The translations under genes were made by a program, and so were the position numbers. The notes below the pieces were generated by a model, which saw only the letters and a program-made list of their open reading frames with translations, was not told where the DNA came from and did no database searches. Shown in pieces: positions 46,025-54,319 of a DNA stretch of 64,000 nt; within the stretch, counting starts at the first letter, position 1; every line of letters begins with the position of its first letter. The stretch is from the NCBI GenBank assembly GCA_027339205.1, contig DAHWOV010000114.1, positions 750 through 64,749 of the forward strand. Reading direction: 5' to 3'. Source of the stretch: Acidimicrobiaceae bacterium (GTDB taxonomy: Bacteria; Actinomycetota; Acidimicrobiia; Acidimicrobiales; RAAP-2).

Positions 46025-46716
46025 ACATCGTGGTGGCCGGCGCAGGCACGGTGGGCACGCAGGTCGCCGTCGCCCTGGTCGACGCCGGCAACACCGTGAC
46101 CCTGGTCGACCTCGATCCCGGACGCGCCGCGCAGCTGGCCGGCCGGGGCCTGGGCGTCGTCGTCGGCGACGCCGCCGTCGCCGCGACCCTCGAGGAGGCG
46201 GGAGGGCTCCGCGCGGACGTGCTCGTGGCGTGCACCGGTCAGGACCCCGAGAACCTCGTCATCTCGCTGCTCGCACGCCGGCGCCTCGAGTTCCCCCGCG
46301 TCGTCGCCCGGGTGAAGGACGAGCGCCACCGCTGGCTCTTCGACGAGACGTGGGGGGTCGACGCCGCCATCTCGTCGGCGGGGTCACTGGTGCACCTCAT
46401 CGAGGAAGCCACCGGATCGGCTCGCACCGTCCGCCTGGCCGATCTGTCGGCCGTCGGCCTGGTCCTCGTAGAGGCCACGGTCGGCGCGACGTCGGCAGCC
46501 CGGGGGCGCCTGGTCACGGATCTCGGGCTCGACCGCCACGACCTCGCGGCCGCGGTCATCCGCCACGGCAGGTCGATCCCGACGACCGCCGCCCGCCAGC
46601 TGCGGGTGGGAGACAGGGTGCTCGTGATCACGCGCCCGGGAGGCGAAGACGGCGTCCAGCGCGTCTTCTACCCCGACGACGCGGGAACGCCGGGTGCCAG
46701 TGACGCCCCTTCGTGA
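46021..46716 (+). CDS. trkA: TrkA-family RCK protein, second of pair 2
   Basis: MNIVVAGAGTVGTQVAVALVDAGNTVTLVD and a TrkA-C segment (VLVEATVGATSAARGRLVTDLGLDRHDLAAAVIRHGRSIPTTAARQLRVGDRVLVI). The ATG at 46021 overlaps the upstream stop (ATGA). Confidence 0.85.
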   Translation: MNIVVAGAGTVGTQVAVALVDAGNTVTLVDLDPGRAAQLAGRGLGVVVGDAAVAATLEEAGGLRADVLVACTGQDPENLVISLLARRRLEFPRVVARVKDERHRWLFDETWGVDAAISSAGSLVHLIEEATGSARTVRLADLSAVGLVLVEATVGATSAARGRLVTDLGLDRHDLAAAVIRHGRSIPTTAARQLRVGDRVLVITRPGGEDGVQRVFYPDDAGTPGASDAPS

Positions 46717-46746
46717 CGCCCCTTCGTGACGCCCCTTCGTGACGGG
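46701..46746. repeat. 13-bp x3.5 tandem repeat TGACGCCCCTTCG at the end of trkA
   Basis: Copies start at 46701, 46714 and 46727, with a partial copy at 46740. Because 13 is not a multiple of 3, the TGAs fall in all three frames. The trkA stop is the TGA of copy 2. Confidence 0.8.
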
Positions 46747-46794
46747 AGCTGCCGACACGACGTCCTCCGCGTCGGCGAGCGTCCGACTCCTGCG

Positions 46795-48777
46795 CTACGG
46801 CTGCAACGCGACCGGATGCTCGGTCAGACGGCGAACCGCCCAGGGAAGCGCGACCGACGCGGCGGTCGCTCCGGCGGCGTTGCCCAGGGCGATCCCCCAG
46901 CCGACCGGCCCCATGGGGGTGCAGCCGAAGAACTGGCTCACCACGGGCGTCTGGACGATCGCCACGAGGACCCCGGCCGACGCGGCCGTCGACGCGAGCA
47001 CGAGCGGGCTCGTTCTCCCGACGACCGCCGTCTGCCCGAGCTGCGTGCCGACCAGCCCGACGAGCGCGACGGTGCCGGCCCGCCTCGAGCTCCCGGTCGG
47101 CAGTGCCATCAGCCACGCGCCGAAGGCGCCAGCCGACGTCGCGGCGGCGCGAAGGGCGACCTGGCGGGCGAGCGCGCCGCCGAGCGAGGCGTCGGGCCCC
47201 TCGTGGAGGAGCTCCTCGGGGGTGCGCCCCGGCGGCGCTCGCAGGGCGATCGTCATCGCAGGCATCATGTCGGTAAGGAGGTTCACCAAGAGGAGCTGGC
47301 GCGCCCCGAGCGGGGACGCACCGGAGATGGCCGTCGAACCGAGCACGAAGCCAATCTCGCCCAGGTTCCCCCCGACGAGGATCGCGAGCGCGTCCCGGAC
47401 TGACGCCCACATCGCCCGCCCTTCGACGATCGCGTCCGTGATCGTCTCGATGCGATCGTCGAGGACGACCAGGTCCGCCGCTGCCCGCGCAGCCGGAGAC
47501 CCGTGCCCACCGAGCGCGATGCCGGTGTCGGCAAGCCGGATCGCCGGCGCGTCGTTGGCGCCGTCACCAGTCATGGCGACCGTGCGCCCGACGCGCTGGT
47601 AGGCGCGCACGATCCGCATTTTCTGCTCGGGCGTGACGCGGGCGAAGACGGTCGCACCGGCGACTGCGGCGTCGAGGAGATCGTCGTCCCAGGCGTCGAT
47701 GTCCGCCCCGGTGATGACGTCTGCGCCGTTGAGGATGTCCAGTTCCTCGGCGATGCTCGCCGCGGTCGAGGGATGGTCGCCGGTGATCATCACGACGGAG
47801 ACGCCCGCCGCCCGAAGGCTCGCCACGGAGGCCGCCGCCGTCGGGCGCACCCCGTCGGCCAGTCCGAGGAAGCCGAGCAGCTCCATGCCGGCGATGCGCT
47901 CGTCACCCAAGGCCGCGCTGAGAGAGGCCGGCCGCTCCGCGACGGCGAGGACCCGCAGGCCCTGGCCTGCCAAGTGCTCCACCTGCGCGTCGAGGTACGC
48001 CCGGACGCGCCGGCCGAGCGCCACGGGGCCGTCGGGCGACCTCCACGTGGTGCAGCGGGGCAGCACGACCTCCGGGGCGCCCTTCACCGAGACCCGCGGC
48101 CCGACGGCGCTGTCGCCCACGACGGCGTGGTATCCCCGGGAGGGCTCGAACGCCAGCTCGCCGAGGAGGGTCCAGCCGCCGAGGCCGTCTTGCGCCTGCA
48201 CCCCGGCGGCCTGCGCGCCCTCGACGACCGCTCGATCGGTGGCGTGGGGAAGGTCGCCCTCGGTGTCCGACACCGGACTGGCTCGCAACGCCGCCGCGAG
48301 GACGTACTCGCACCGGGGGGCGAGCTCTGTGAGCTTCTGCACCTGGACGCCGTCCGACACGCTCTGCAGCGCGATCCTGCCGGCGGTGAGCGTGCCCGTC
48401 TTGTCGAAGCACAAGACCTCCACCCGGCCGAGCGCCTCGATCGTCCGCGGGTTGCGGACCAGCACACCGCGGCGGGCAAGTCGTCGGGCCGCCGCCAGCT
48501 GGGCCACGGTGGCCAGCAGCGGAAGGCCCTCGGGCACCGCTGCGACGGTGAGGCTCACCCCTGAGGTCACCGCGACGCGTGGCGAGCGTCCCCGCAGCAG
48601 GCCGAGGCCGACGACGGCAGCGCCGCTGGCGACTGACGCGGGGACGGTCACCTTCATGAGCGAGCTCAGCCGTGCCTCCACCCCGCTCGGCGGCGGCTCG
48701 GGCGCGCCGGCGAGGGTCCGGCCGACCTCGGTCTCGTCCCCCACGGCGACCACGACTCCGAGGGCGCTCCCGGTCAT
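46795..48777 (-). CDS. C-terminal (catalytic) fragment of a giant CtpH/CtpI-like P-type ATPase
   Basis: AVPEGLPLLATV, CFDKTGTLTAGR, MITGDHPSTA, MTGDGANDAPAIRLADTGIALG, NLLTDMMPAM. Similarity to the A-domain consensus (GSVVMTGSALGVVVAVGDETEVG) begins upstream of the first plausible ATG (48777). It therefore looks like the continuation of 48777-51260 in another frame. Confidence 0.75.
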   Translation of the reverse strand: MTGSALGVVVAVGDETEVGRTLAGAPEPPPSGVEARLSSLMKVTVPASVASGAAVVGLGLLRGRSPRVAVTSGVSLTVAAVPEGLPLLATVAQLAAARRLARRGVLVRNPRTIEALGRVEVLCFDKTGTLTAGRIALQSVSDGVQVQKLTELAPRCEYVLAAALRASPVSDTEGDLPHATDRAVVEGAQAAGVQAQDGLGGWTLLGELAFEPSRGYHAVVGDSAVGPRVSVKGAPEVVLPRCTTWRSPDGPVALGRRVRAYLDAQVEHLAGQGLRVLAVAERPASLSAALGDERIAGMELLGFLGLADGVRPTAAASVASLRAAGVSVVMITGDHPSTAASIAEELDILNGADVITGADIDAWDDDLLDAAVAGATVFARVTPEQKMRIVRAYQRVGRTVAMTGDGANDAPAIRLADTGIALGGHGSPAARAAADLVVLDDRIETITDAIVEGRAMWASVRDALAILVGGNLGEIGFVLGSTAISGASPLGARQLLLVNLLTDMMPAMTIALRAPPGRTPEELLHEGPDASLGGALARQVALRAAATSAGAFGAWLMALPTGSSRRAGTVALVGLVGTQLGQTAVVGRTSPLVLASTAASAGVLVAIVQTPVVSQFFGCTPMGPVGWGIALGNAAGATAASVALPWAVRRLTEHPVALQP

Positions 48778-51260
48778 CACGACCGAACCTCGTAGGCCAT
48801 GCAGCTGCGATCGGCCAGCGTTCGGCCCTCGACGGCCTGGCTCTGCTTGGCCACGGGCAGCGACTCCCCGGTCAGGGCTGACTCGTCGATCTCGCACCCG
48901 GCGGTCTCGATCAGGCGGCAGTCCGCCGGGACCACGTCGCCGGCTTTCAGCTCGCAGAGGTCACCCGGGACGAGCTCGGACCGTTCCCTGGGCAGGACCC
49001 GGCCTCCTCGGCGGACATCGACCAGCACCGTCGTCGCCTGCAGCAGCTTGGCGATCGAGACGTCGGCGCGCACGCGCTGGACCCCGCCGATCAGCGCGTT
49101 GGCCGCGGTGGCACCTGCCACCAGCGCGGCGTCGGTCACCGAGCCCACGGCGGCCGCCATACCGGCGCCGACCAGCATCACCGGGGTCAGCGGGTTCGCG
49201 AGCTCGGCGACGACCGCGCGGCCGAAGCCCGTCCGGGCGGGGGCCGCGGGCGCCGTCGTCCCGTGCCGGCGCGCGGCTTCGGCGATCGCCAGCCCCCGGC
49301 GAGTCGTGCCCAGCGCCCGCAAGACTGCGTCAGGGCTCATGGCGTGCCACGCCACCTCGGCGACCGGCATCGCGGCGGGCCGCCGCCCGACGGAAGCCGC
49401 TGCTGCCGTTCCTGCCGCCTGCGCGGCCAGGGATGCGACGTTGACCGGCACCGCCGCCCGCCGGGAGGCGCTCGAGAGCGGGCCGAGCATGGACCACGTC
49501 GCGCCCGCCGCGAACCCTGCCGCCGAGAGCCCGACGCTCCACCGGCTGGCCGAACGCGCCGCCGCCAGCGACTCGACGACCAGGTGCGCCTGGGCCAGGC
49601 TCGGGGACGTCACGAGCGAGGCACCCCACGGAGGGTGCGGCCCGCGGCCGTCGACGCCGACCCCGACGTCCGCCGCGCGCAGGGCGCCGTGGGCCGGGCC
49701 CCCCGACACCAGGAGCACGCCGAGGCCCTCGGCCTGCAGCGACCGCACCGACCTTGCGAGCAGCGTCCCGCCGGCGACCACCTCGTGGGCTCCGATCCGC
49801 TCCCCGAGCCCGCTCGCCTTCCCCGCGAGGACGAGGCGGAGCCCCAGGCGTCGCACCGCGTCGGCGAGCGGCTGGGCCAAAGGGTCGATCTCGGGCTCGA
49901 GGTCCACGACGCCGGCGAGGCGGCCCGACTCCACAATGCCCAGCGCGCGACGCCCGACCCGGCCGCCGGCCGGGACCCCCGAGGCGGCCGGGAGCTCCTC
50001 GGCGACCGCCTCGAGCGTCCCGAGCGCCCACCGTCCGCGCCGGACGAGGCGGTCGGGGGCGGTGGGGTCGAAGAGCGCGCGCGCCTTGTCGGTCGTCGTG
50101 GCGGCGTCGTGGCCGTCCAACACCCTCACGCGGCGAACCACCATCCGACCGGACCGCAGGACGGCGGCGTCGAGCACGACCGCATCGATGCGGTCGAGCC
50201 GGCGCAGCGCGGTCCTGTCGAGCACGACGACGTCACGGGACGCCAGCTCGCGCCCGAGGCGCGCGGCGAACGCCTCGCGCCCGTGACGGGCAGCTTTGGG
50301 GACCCCTGCGGTGACGACCCCGCCGGCGAGCCGAGGGCTCCTCGTGGCAGCGAGCACCGCGCCCACGCCCGCGACGCTGACGGCGGCGGCCGCGTCGGCG
50401 TAGGACTCGACGGGACCGGACCTGAGCGGCCGGGTACGCGGGGGCGGGGCCACCGCACGCACGGGCTCGGCGTCGGGCGAGTCGCAGAGGTCCCCCTCCC
50501 GGCGCTCCCACGCACGGCGGTGCGCCTGCAGCTCGCCGAGCTGGTTCGCCCGGTGCGCCATGTCGGCCACGAGGGCGAGCGGTCCCTGCGAGAGGGACTG
50601 GGCGAAGGCGCTCGCGACCCCGAGCCCGAGGTCGGTGAGCGCGACGCCGATGTGGTGCTCGAGGAGCCCTCGAACCCTCGGCTCGTTCTCGACCAGCGCG
50701 ACGAGCGAGCCGAGCTCGACGGGGAAGGGGGCCGCGCGCAGGACCTGGCCGAAGACGCTCCCGCCCAGCGCGACCACGTCGGCACCGATCGCCACGGCCT
50801 GACGGCGCAGGGGTTCGACGTCCCCGGGATGTTCGGGACGCTCGCGGGGGAAGCGCTCCTCTTGGACCTCGTGCGCCTCCTCGACGCCTTCGACGACGTC
50901 GACGAGGTCGTCGACCGACGGACCGTCAGGATCGAAGGCCACCACGACGCGTCCGGTGAGGGCGTTGACCTGCGCCCACTGCACGCCTTCGGCGGCGTGC
51001 AGTGCCCGCTCCACGTCACGAGCGAGCGCCTCCGTGCCGGCGCGGTGGACGCCGCGCACCTCGATGTGCGCCTTGCCGCTGCCCGCCCACACCCTGCGGC
51101 GGCGGCGTCCCGAGCCCAGCGCGGCGCCGAGCACCGCACCGGGTGCCGCCGCGCCGGCACGCAGGAGCGCGATCGGGTTCCTCACCACCTCGATGCCGCC
51201 CGCCGGGAGCGACGCGGCGCGCTCAAGTGCGACGATGCCGGGCGATTGCCACGCCCACAC
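48777..51260 (-). CDS. N-terminal fragment of the giant P-type ATPase: HMA-like domain + degenerate pseudo-ATPase module + start of the true ATPase
   Basis: HIEVRGVHRAGTEALARDVERALHAAEGVQWAQVNALTGRVVVAF has the HMA fold pattern but no CxxC. VVLDAAVLRSG stands in place of DKTGTLT, and LLVSGGPAHGALRAADVGVGV in place of TGDGxNDxPAL. The true pump begins with GLAIAEAARRHG..ELVPGDLCELKAGDVVPADCRL..DESALTGESLPV and stops at TGA 48779-48777, in the middle of the A-domain. Confidence 0.75.
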   Translation of the reverse strand: MWAWQSPGIVALERAASLPAGGIEVVRNPIALLRAGAAAPGAVLGAALGSGRRRRRVWAGSGKAHIEVRGVHRAGTEALARDVERALHAAEGVQWAQVNALTGRVVVAFDPDGPSVDDLVDVVEGVEEAHEVQEERFPRERPEHPGDVEPLRRQAVAIGADVVALGGSVFGQVLRAAPFPVELGSLVALVENEPRVRGLLEHHIGVALTDLGLGVASAFAQSLSQGPLALVADMAHRANQLGELQAHRRAWERREGDLCDSPDAEPVRAVAPPPRTRPLRSGPVESYADAAAAVSVAGVGAVLAATRSPRLAGGVVTAGVPKAARHGREAFAARLGRELASRDVVVLDRTALRRLDRIDAVVLDAAVLRSGRMVVRRVRVLDGHDAATTTDKARALFDPTAPDRLVRRGRWALGTLEAVAEELPAASGVPAGGRVGRRALGIVESGRLAGVVDLEPEIDPLAQPLADAVRRLGLRLVLAGKASGLGERIGAHEVVAGGTLLARSVRSLQAEGLGVLLVSGGPAHGALRAADVGVGVDGRGPHPPWGASLVTSPSLAQAHLVVESLAAARSASRWSVGLSAAGFAAGATWSMLGPLSSASRRAAVPVNVASLAAQAAGTAAAASVGRRPAAMPVAEVAWHAMSPDAVLRALGTTRRGLAIAEAARRHGTTAPAAPARTGFGRAVVAELANPLTPVMLVGAGMAAAVGSVTDAALVAGATAANALIGGVQRVRADVSIAKLLQATTVLVDVRRGGRVLPRERSELVPGDLCELKAGDVVPADCRLIETAGCEIDESALTGESLPVAKQSQAVEGRTLADRSCMAYEVRS

Positions 51261-51459
51261 CGACGAGCACGGCCACGGGCAGGTCGACCACGCCGAGGAC
51301 GACCGCCGCGCCGAGTCCGGCGTAGAAGCCGCGGGTCACCGTCGGCTCGCACAGGCGCGCATGGACGAGCGGCACGACGAACCGGTCCGCCTCGACCTGC
51401 ACGGCCGGCGAGGTCTGGAACCGCGGGCTCCCCGCGGCTCCACGTGCGCTCATGGACAT
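51223..51459 (-). CDS. Possible small membrane protein upstream of the giant ATPase
   Basis: The ATG at 51459 is preceded by GGGAG at 6 nt. The 78-aa product ends in a hydrophobic helix (FYAGLGAAVVLGVVDLPVAVLVGVGVAIA) and overlaps the ATPase start by 38 nt. From memory, small membrane ORFs also precede ctpH/ctpI in M. tuberculosis. Confidence 0.35.
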   Translation of the reverse strand: MSMSARGAAGSPRFQTSPAVQVEADRFVVPLVHARLCEPTVTRGFYAGLGAAVVLGVVDLPVAVLVGVGVAIARHRRT

Positions 51460-51620
51460 GTCCGCTCCCGTCGCTTCAACCAGGTCATCGTATTCCCGAT
51501 CCCCGTGAGGCTGGCGGCGGGCCGCCTCCACGCCCAGGTCGGTAGTCTTGGTAGGCCAGATGCCCACCACGCGCCCATCCGTGACGGCCTTGCGTGGCCA
51601 GCCCGCCGAGGGAGGCTGAC

Positions 51621-52322
51621 GTGGCCACGGACATGCTGTTCTCGAAGGACGCCTACCTGCGTGAGGTCCAGGCCGTCGTCACCCGCGTCGAGGGCAACCG
51701 GGTGGTGCTCGACCGCACGGTCTTCTACCCGACCGGCGGCGGCCAACCGCACGACACCGGCACGCTCGGCGGTGCCCGCGTGGTCGACGTGACGAAGGAG
51801 GGCGACGACGTCTGGCACGCGCTCGAAGGGCCGGTGCCCGAGCTCGGCGCTGCCGTCGCGGGGCACCTCGACTGGGAGCGGCGCTACGCGCTCATGAGGA
51901 CCCACACCGCGCTGCACGTGCTGTCGGGGGTCATCTGGCACGAGTGGGGCAAGGCCGTCACCGGGGGGAACATGGAGCCGCTCGTCGCCCGCATGGACTT
52001 CGAGTTCGACCCGCTCCCCGAGGGCTTCGGCGCGACCGTCGAGGCCCGCGTCAACCAGGAGCTCGCCGCGGCGCGTCCCATCGAGGTCCGCTTCCTTGCG
52101 CGCGACGCCGCCCTCGCGGACGAGGACCTGATCAGGACCAAGGTCAACCTGGTGCCCGAGGCGGTGAGGGAGCTGCGCGTCGTGGACATCGTCGGGCTCG
52201 ACAAGCAGGCGGACGGGGGCACCCACGTCCGGCGCACCGACGAGGTCGGGCGGATCCGCGTCGTGAAGACCGAGTCGAAGGGCAGAGCGAACAAGCGCAT
52301 CCGCATCGCGGTGCTCGACTGA
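51621..52322 (+). CDS. AlaX-type tRNA editing-domain protein (Ser-tRNA(Ala) deacylase-like, COG2872-like)
   Basis: KDAYLREVQAVVTRVEGNRVVLDRTVFYPTGGGQPHDTG, the HxxxH zinc motif MRTHTALHVLSG, and a C-terminal LDKQADGGTHVRRTDEVGRIRVV that reads DGGTH where I expect CGGTH. GTG at 51621 follows GAGGGAGG; alternative starts are 51594 and 51633. The stop overlaps the selB start (TGATG). Confidence 0.8.
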   Translation: MATDMLFSKDAYLREVQAVVTRVEGNRVVLDRTVFYPTGGGQPHDTGTLGGARVVDVTKEGDDVWHALEGPVPELGAAVAGHLDWERRYALMRTHTALHVLSGVIWHEWGKAVTGGNMEPLVARMDFEFDPLPEGFGATVEARVNQELAAARPIEVRFLARDAALADEDLIRTKVNLVPEAVRELRVVDIVGLDKQADGGTHVRRTDEVGRIRVVKTESKGRANKRIRIAVLD

Positions 52323-54319
52323 TGGCACGGGAGGCCGCGAGGGGCGCCGCGGGCGTCGGGGACGGTGCAGACCCGCCGCCGTCGCGCGTGGTGGTCACCG
52401 CAGGCCACGTGGACCACGGGAAGTCGACGCTCGTCGAGTGGCTGACCGGGACCCACCCCGACCGGTTGGAGGAAGAGCGGCGTCGGGGCCTGACCATCGA
52501 CCTCGGGTTCGCCTCGACCGTCCTCCCCTCGGGCATCGAGGCGGGCATCGTCGACGTCCCCGGGCACGTCCGCTTCCTGAAGAACATGGTCGCGGGGGTC
52601 GGGGCGGTGGACGCCTGCCTGTTCGTGGTGGCGGCGACCGAGGGATGGAAGCCGCAGACCGAGGACCACCTGCGCATCCTCGAGGTGGTCGGCGTACGCC
52701 ACGGCGTCGTGGCGCTCACGCACGCCGGGACGGCCGGCCCCGAGCGGCTCGACGAGGCGCGCGCCGACGTGCGAGCCCGCGTGGCGGGGACCTTCCTCGA
52801 GGGGGCGCCGGTGGCGGCCGTGGACGTCCCCGCGGGCCTCGGGCTGGACGGGCCCGGGGGCCTGCGCGCAGCCCTCGACGCGATGGTCGCGTCCCTGCCC
52901 GCGGCACCCGACCGCGGGCGGCCGCGCCTGTGGATCGACCGCTCGTTCGCGATCCGCGGAGCCGGGGCGGTGGTCACCGGCACGCTCGCGGGCGGGAGGA
53001 TCGCGCTCGGCGACCACCTCGAGGTCGTCTCGTCCGCGTCCGCCCTCCCGGTGCCTGTCCGCGTCCGGGGACTGGAGAGCTACGGCAGACGCCTCCGCTC
53101 GGCCGAGCCGGGGCGGCGCCTCGCAGTCAACCTGGCCGGCGTGGACCACCGCGGCACCGCCCGGGGCGCCGCCTTGGTGCGGGCTCGGCAATGGCACCGA
53201 TGCAGCGTGGCGGACGCCGAGCTGGCGACGGCCCCCGCGCTCAGCCACCCGGTGTCCGCACGCGGCGCGTACCTCGCCCACCTCGGGACGGGGGAGCAGG
53301 CCGTGCGCCTCCGGGTCCTCGGGCGCGAGAGCGAGATCGCGCCCGGCACGCGCAAGGCGGTGCGGTTGTGGCTCAGCGCGCCGCTCCCGCTCGCGCCCGG
53401 CGACAAGTTCGTGCTCCGCGACGCGGGACGAAACGAGGTCGTCGGCGGGGGCACGCTGCTCGACGTCGCCCCCGTGCTCCCCGCCTCGCGGGCCGAGCCG
53501 AGCTGGTCGGTCGCCCGGGTGGTCGCAGAGCGCGGCTGGGTGGAGGCGGACGAGCTCGAGCGGCTGACCGGCAGGGCGGCCACCCCGACGCTCGGGCGCT
53601 GGGTGGTCGACCCCGAAGCCCTCGAGCGTGCCCGTGCGGCGGTCGCCGCGCGCGTGCGCGCGGCGGGGGCGTCGGGACTCGACCTGTCCGTCCTCGACGA
53701 ACGAGAGAGAGCCGTCGTGGCGATGCTCGACGGGCTCACCGTGTCCCACGGCATCGTGCGAGCGGCACCTGTGCGAGCAGCGCTCGTGCGAGCAGCGCCT
53801 GTGCCGACCCGTGCCCCGGCCGGTCCCTCGGGCGGTCCCTCGGGCGGTGCGTCGGCCTCGGGGTCGGGCCTTGGGTCGGCGCCGGCGGGGACTGCGGGAG
53901 GCGGCCTCGACGACGGCGCGGCAGCCGACGCCGACTTGCTCGACCACCCTTACCTCACCGCGCTGCGCGCCTCGCCGTTCGACCCGCCCCCTCCGACCGG
54001 CGTCGCGCGCAACGACCTCCGCCGCCTCGTCCGCAGCGGTCTCGTCGTCGAGACGAACGGCCTGTGGTTCGCGGCGAGCGCGCTCGAGGAGGCAGCGTCG
54101 CGCGTCTCGGCCTTGCTCGCCCGGGCGCCGGGCGGCATCCGCGTGGCCGACGTCCGCGACGCGCTCGGCGCGTCGCGCCGCACGGTGCTCCCACTGCTCG
54201 CGCACCTCGACGCGACGGGGGTCACCCGGCGCGACGGCGACCTGCGCACGCCCGGCCCCAAGCTGCCCCCGCCTCCCGGCGCGGCGGGGATCGACCCATG
54301 CACAAGGAGTGCCCCATGA
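52322..54319 (+). CDS. selB: Selenocysteine-specific translation elongation factor
   Basis: G-domain VVVTAGHVDHGKSTLVEWLTG, DRLEEERRRGLTIDLGF, VDVPGHVRFLKNM. EF-Tu-like domains II/III and C-terminal winged-helix repeats follow (LRRLVRSGLVVE, VLPLLAHLDATGVTRR). It is followed by selD and selA. It lies within track ORF 51944-54319. Confidence 0.9.
   Translation: MAREAARGAAGVGDGADPPPSRVVVTAGHVDHGKSTLVEWLTGTHPDRLEEERRRGLTIDLGFASTVLPSGIEAGIVDVPGHVRFLKNMVAGVGAVDACLFVVAATEGWKPQTEDHLRILEVVGVRHGVVALTHAGTAGPERLDEARADVRARVAGTFLEGAPVAAVDVPAGLGLDGPGGLRAALDAMVASLPAAPDRGRPRLWIDRSFAIRGAGAVVTGTLAGGRIALGDHLEVVSSASALPVPVRVRGLESYGRRLRSAEPGRRLAVNLAGVDHRGTARGAALVRARQWHRCSVADAELATAPALSHPVSARGAYLAHLGTGEQAVRLRVLGRESEIAPGTRKAVRLWLSAPLPLAPGDKFVLRDAGRNEVVGGGTLLDVAPVLPASRAEPSWSVARVVAERGWVEADELERLTGRAATPTLGRWVVDPEALERARAAVAARVRAAGASGLDLSVLDERERAVVAMLDGLTVSHGIVRAAPVRAALVRAAPVPTRAPAGPSGGPSGGASASGSGLGSAPAGTAGGGLDDGAAADADLLDHPYLTALRASPFDPPPPTGVARNDLRRLVRSGLVVETNGLWFAASALEEAASRVSALLARAPGGIRVADVRDALGASRRTVLPLLAHLDATGVTRRDGDLRTPGPKLPPPPGAAGIDPCTRSAP
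53756..53800. repeat. 15-bp x3 tandem repeat inside selB (VRAAP units), followed by 12-bp x2 (GPSG)
   Basis: GTGCGAGCGGCACCT / GTGCGAGCAGCGCTC / GTGCGAGCAGCGCCT, then GGTCCCTCGGGC x2 at 53822-53845. Together they encode IVRAAPVRAALVRAAPVPTRAPAGPSGGPSGGAS. Confidence 0.75.

Noticed and set aside
48777-48800. Programmed -1 ribosomal frameshift joining the two ATPase fragments.
   Set aside because: There is no X-XXY-YYZ slippery heptamer and no obvious downstream pseudoknot or hairpin at the frame junction (..ATG GCC TAC GAG GTT CGG TCG TGA). An indel or sequencing error is more parsimonious.
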